Source: Azolla caroliniana
Taxonomy: Eukaryota; Plantae; Polypodiophyta
Direction: 5' to 3'
Assembly: GCA_043228905.1 (NCBI GenBank)
Contig: JBHGNT010001208.1
Coordinates: forward strand, 1 to 10,973
Length of the DNA: 10,973 bases
Positions 8,168 through 10,973 of the stretch are shown here, one piece after another; position 1 is the stretch's first letter, and each line of letters opens with the position of its first letter. The notes under the pieces were generated by a model. That model made no database searches and had not been told where the DNA came from. It was given only the letters and a program-made list of their open reading frames with translations. The position numbers and the translations under genes are program-made.

Positions 8168-9304
8168 TGTTGGACACAGATGTTGGATCGCAAAAAGCCA
8201 GACCAGAAGCTCACCCAAATGTCTGATTGGATTCTGACCTTCCATCATCCCATCCCATCCCATCCTATGGATTGTATCGCCACTATCAACAGCCATAGCC
8301 ATAGCCCTAGCCATAACCATAGCCCTAGTCCTTCCTTCAAGGAAATCACCAACACCACACCTTCTTTTTTTTCCCTTTTTCATCTCTTTATCGTCCCTGT
8401 TTTTGTTCTGTAAAACTAAAAGCTTCATCATTTGTACAGAGTCATTCCTATGTATCAACCTCACAATTTTCTCAAATAGTGTTTCAATAAATTAACATAA
8501 GAGCTTTTGTGTAAAGGCGAATGAATGTTGCTCCAAAAAACAGCCTTGGCAGTGTGATTGTAGTAAGAAAATATGTCATGTTGTTCATAAAGCAAGAAAT
8601 GTGATGGATGCTCATATAACCAAAATATATACAGAGACTTGACGAGTAATGTAGATGGTGATGCAATTGGGTCATGCTTCTCACTCTCTCCCTTTTTTGG
8701 TAGTGTAAAAAGGTAACACTCTAGTTAATCTGGAAGAAGAAGTGTGGTGAATGAATGAATCATGAAAAACCTCTAAACAATTATAATGAAAAAACCTCTA
8801 ATCACTTATAAGGAAACTGATCCCCGAGTTTAGCACTATTGAGGTTTAGATTAGAGTTAAAAGTACAACTCTATATCAGCAATCACAATGTGTTGTGGTA
8901 TTTCGCTCGTGACTCCATTTAGGATAATTTACTTGCACATTGTGTGTTAGGTAAGAAACCATCATGAATCATGAGGTTGAGTTTTTTTTTTGTAACACGA
9001 GGCTGATTTGATAAGAATTTGTGGGTATATCGATAGGTTTGACACTCATCATCTATGTATTCTTTGGCAGCCTGCCATCATGCAGATTCTTGACTTTTAC
9101 ATTCAATGGCGTATCTTTTAGCAGAAGCTCCATGTTTGTTTTTGTGAGTCCTCATCTCCAACAACAAGAATGCATATGGTGTAGTCACTTCCTCTGCTAG
9201 GACTTTACATAATAAGTCAGTCCTGAAGTTTTTTGCATTTGATTCTATGTGGTCTCTAAATGCTGGCATCTCACACTTCAACTACATACAACACCTATTG
9301 GCGG

Positions 9305-9521
9305 CAACAATGGCCTCATAGAACTAGAGCATGTCTAGTCTCTAGTTCCATGTGCTTTTGCTCACATATGTTCTCGATTATATTGTTTATGCCCTCCATA
9401 TAACATTCTACTCACAACAATGGCCTCATAGTACTAGAGCATGTCTCTAGTTCCATATGCTTTTGCACACATATGTTCTCGATTATATTTTTTATGCCCT
9501 CCATATAACATTCTACTCACA
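9305..9521. repeat. Tandem duplication, 110-bp + 105-bp units
   Basis: CAACAATGGCCTCATAG..AACATTCTACTCA at 9305-9414 and 9415-9519. The units differ by a 5-bp indel and about 4 substitutions. Confidence 0.95.
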
Positions 9522-9525
9522 CATC

Positions 9526-9703
9526 TTTTTCCAAAACAAAATATCCTTCCATTAGTTTTCAAAAATACCTATCAAGTACAAATTACAAAAGAGATGAAAA
9601 AGAAGAGGAAAAAGGACTATCCCAATGACTAGCCATGGAGGTATGACTACCCATGTTTTAATATGCGTCTATTCTCAATGCACAATCCATGATCGCTCCA
9701 TTT
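9526..9703 (-). mobile_element. Short L1-type LINE 3' end, further diverged copy (5' boundary uncertain)
   Basis: Tail motif TTTTTCCAAAACAAAATATCCTTCCATTAGTT from 9526. Minus strand gives KWSDHGLCIENRRILK/(frameshift)WVVIPPWL, matching the KWS-x12-KW-x3-PP-x-WL pattern of the other copies. No clear TSD seen. Confidence 0.6.
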
Positions 9704-10973
9704 GCTACCTATGCTCAATCCATTGGCGCCTCAATGCACAAGTACTTAAAAAGAGTGCACATCATCAATGTTTTTCTTTTTCATTTCTATGTAGCCACAA
9801 ATGTTGATCATGTATGTTTTGTTGGGATCATCATCTTTGTTTTGTTGCTTTCACTAATCACTAACTTTGTGCACAAAAGTCTTGGAGCATGGACACTTTA
9901 TTCTTGAACAATCCTTGATATATATGGATAATGGCATTATCTGGCAAGGGGCATACAATGTAAGTGTAGGAAAGTAGAATAAGGGTATATCTATAATAAT
10001 GATAACCAATCACAACATCCAAAATATAATCTTCCGATGCATTAGTGCATAATCCAAGGAGTTTGTATTTGGGAAAAGTCTCCTTGTTTGACTGTAGGAT
10101 GTTGTTACTAAGAGAACTCATCCAAATAGTAACCTTTCAACTTCTTTAGCTAGCATAGCACTTTCTCATGTGGACCGTATAAACCATGCAAAAATTAGTT
10201 TGGGACTCCGATTGTTGTCATCCTATCCCAAAAATGATATCTTAAAGCTCATGAAGCAAAAAGAACATGCCCACAAATATGTCTACTTTCATGCATCCTA
10301 TAGAGTCCAAATTTATGACCTATAGGATCCATATAAAATGGAGAATCTTTCGTTTTGCATGATCCACACAAAGAGCACATTATGGACCTTGCAATTTTCT
10401 TAAGGTTGCTTATATAGTTTAGTCAAGAGCATATATACATGCTTAATGCATCCGAGTGGGTGGATATGTCATGTCAAACTTTAACAATTTTGTGTTAGAC
10501 TATCAACGGGAATCATTGTGTGAAGCGACCTTCGTTCTTGATATATCTACTTATTGGATACAATGTGAAGATGTAGTAGTCTACACTAGCTAGTATGTGG
10601 ATGATAACATGTCATGAGCATGTCCTGCTATTTCTAGGTAATGTTCTAAGATCGTGGATTTATTTGATTGCAATATGTTGTAGTTTGATGTTCTTGATAT
10701 CCTCATTTTTTGAGTGTATTAGAAGGCATGGATCAATGGGCAACTCAAGTACTTATTTCTACACCTTAGAGTCACCCACCTTTTCCTTAACCATTCAATT
10801 AAGACATTCACCCAATTGGAAGGGAGAATTATTTATTTATTTATTTTGATTGAACACTTCTTTAATAGTTGGAAACATACCATGAATTTGCCATATGTTC
10901 AAACCAAATCAATCTTCCTCATCATGTTTATATTCAACATCTCCCAATACCACCTTTGGGTCATCACATGCAT

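Noticed and set aside
7486-8464. Overlapping alternative-frame and antisense ORFs within or near the PMEI gene
   Set aside because: Expected shadows of a GC-rich CDS; no recognisable motifs.
8762-8810. 24/25-bp tandem duplication ATGAAAAA(A)CCTCTAA..A.TTATA
   Set aside because: Real but trivial two-copy slippage.
9078-9281. 67-aa minus-strand ORF with protein-like composition (KNFRTDLLCKVLAE)
   Set aside because: Only a vague resemblance to RT or transposase segments; no diagnostic motif, so it cannot be assigned without a search.
9720-10973. Possible further decayed coding relic (e.g. YIVCPLP, YMINICGY on the minus strand)
   Set aside because: Matches to the other relics are too short and inconsistent in frame.

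Overview
AT-rich eukaryotic (land-plant) genomic DNA; a seed-free plant such as a fern is a guess from style, not demonstrated. There is one convincing gene: an intronless, secreted pectin-methylesterase/invertase-inhibitor (PMEI-like) protein at 7412-8167 (+). The rest is repeat-rich intergenic DNA. It contains up to six 5'-truncated 3' ends of one L1-type LINE lineage, all on the minus strand; four have visible target-site duplications (TSDs) and one appears nested in another. They share a C-terminal peptide and a 3' tail motif. Also present: a 411-bp hAT-type MITE with an 8-bp TSD, a near-perfect 173-bp hairpin about 530 bp upstream of the gene, several local duplications, microsatellites, and two decayed, mutually similar Cys/His zinc-finger-like coding relics. 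Most other ORFs in the track are spurious.
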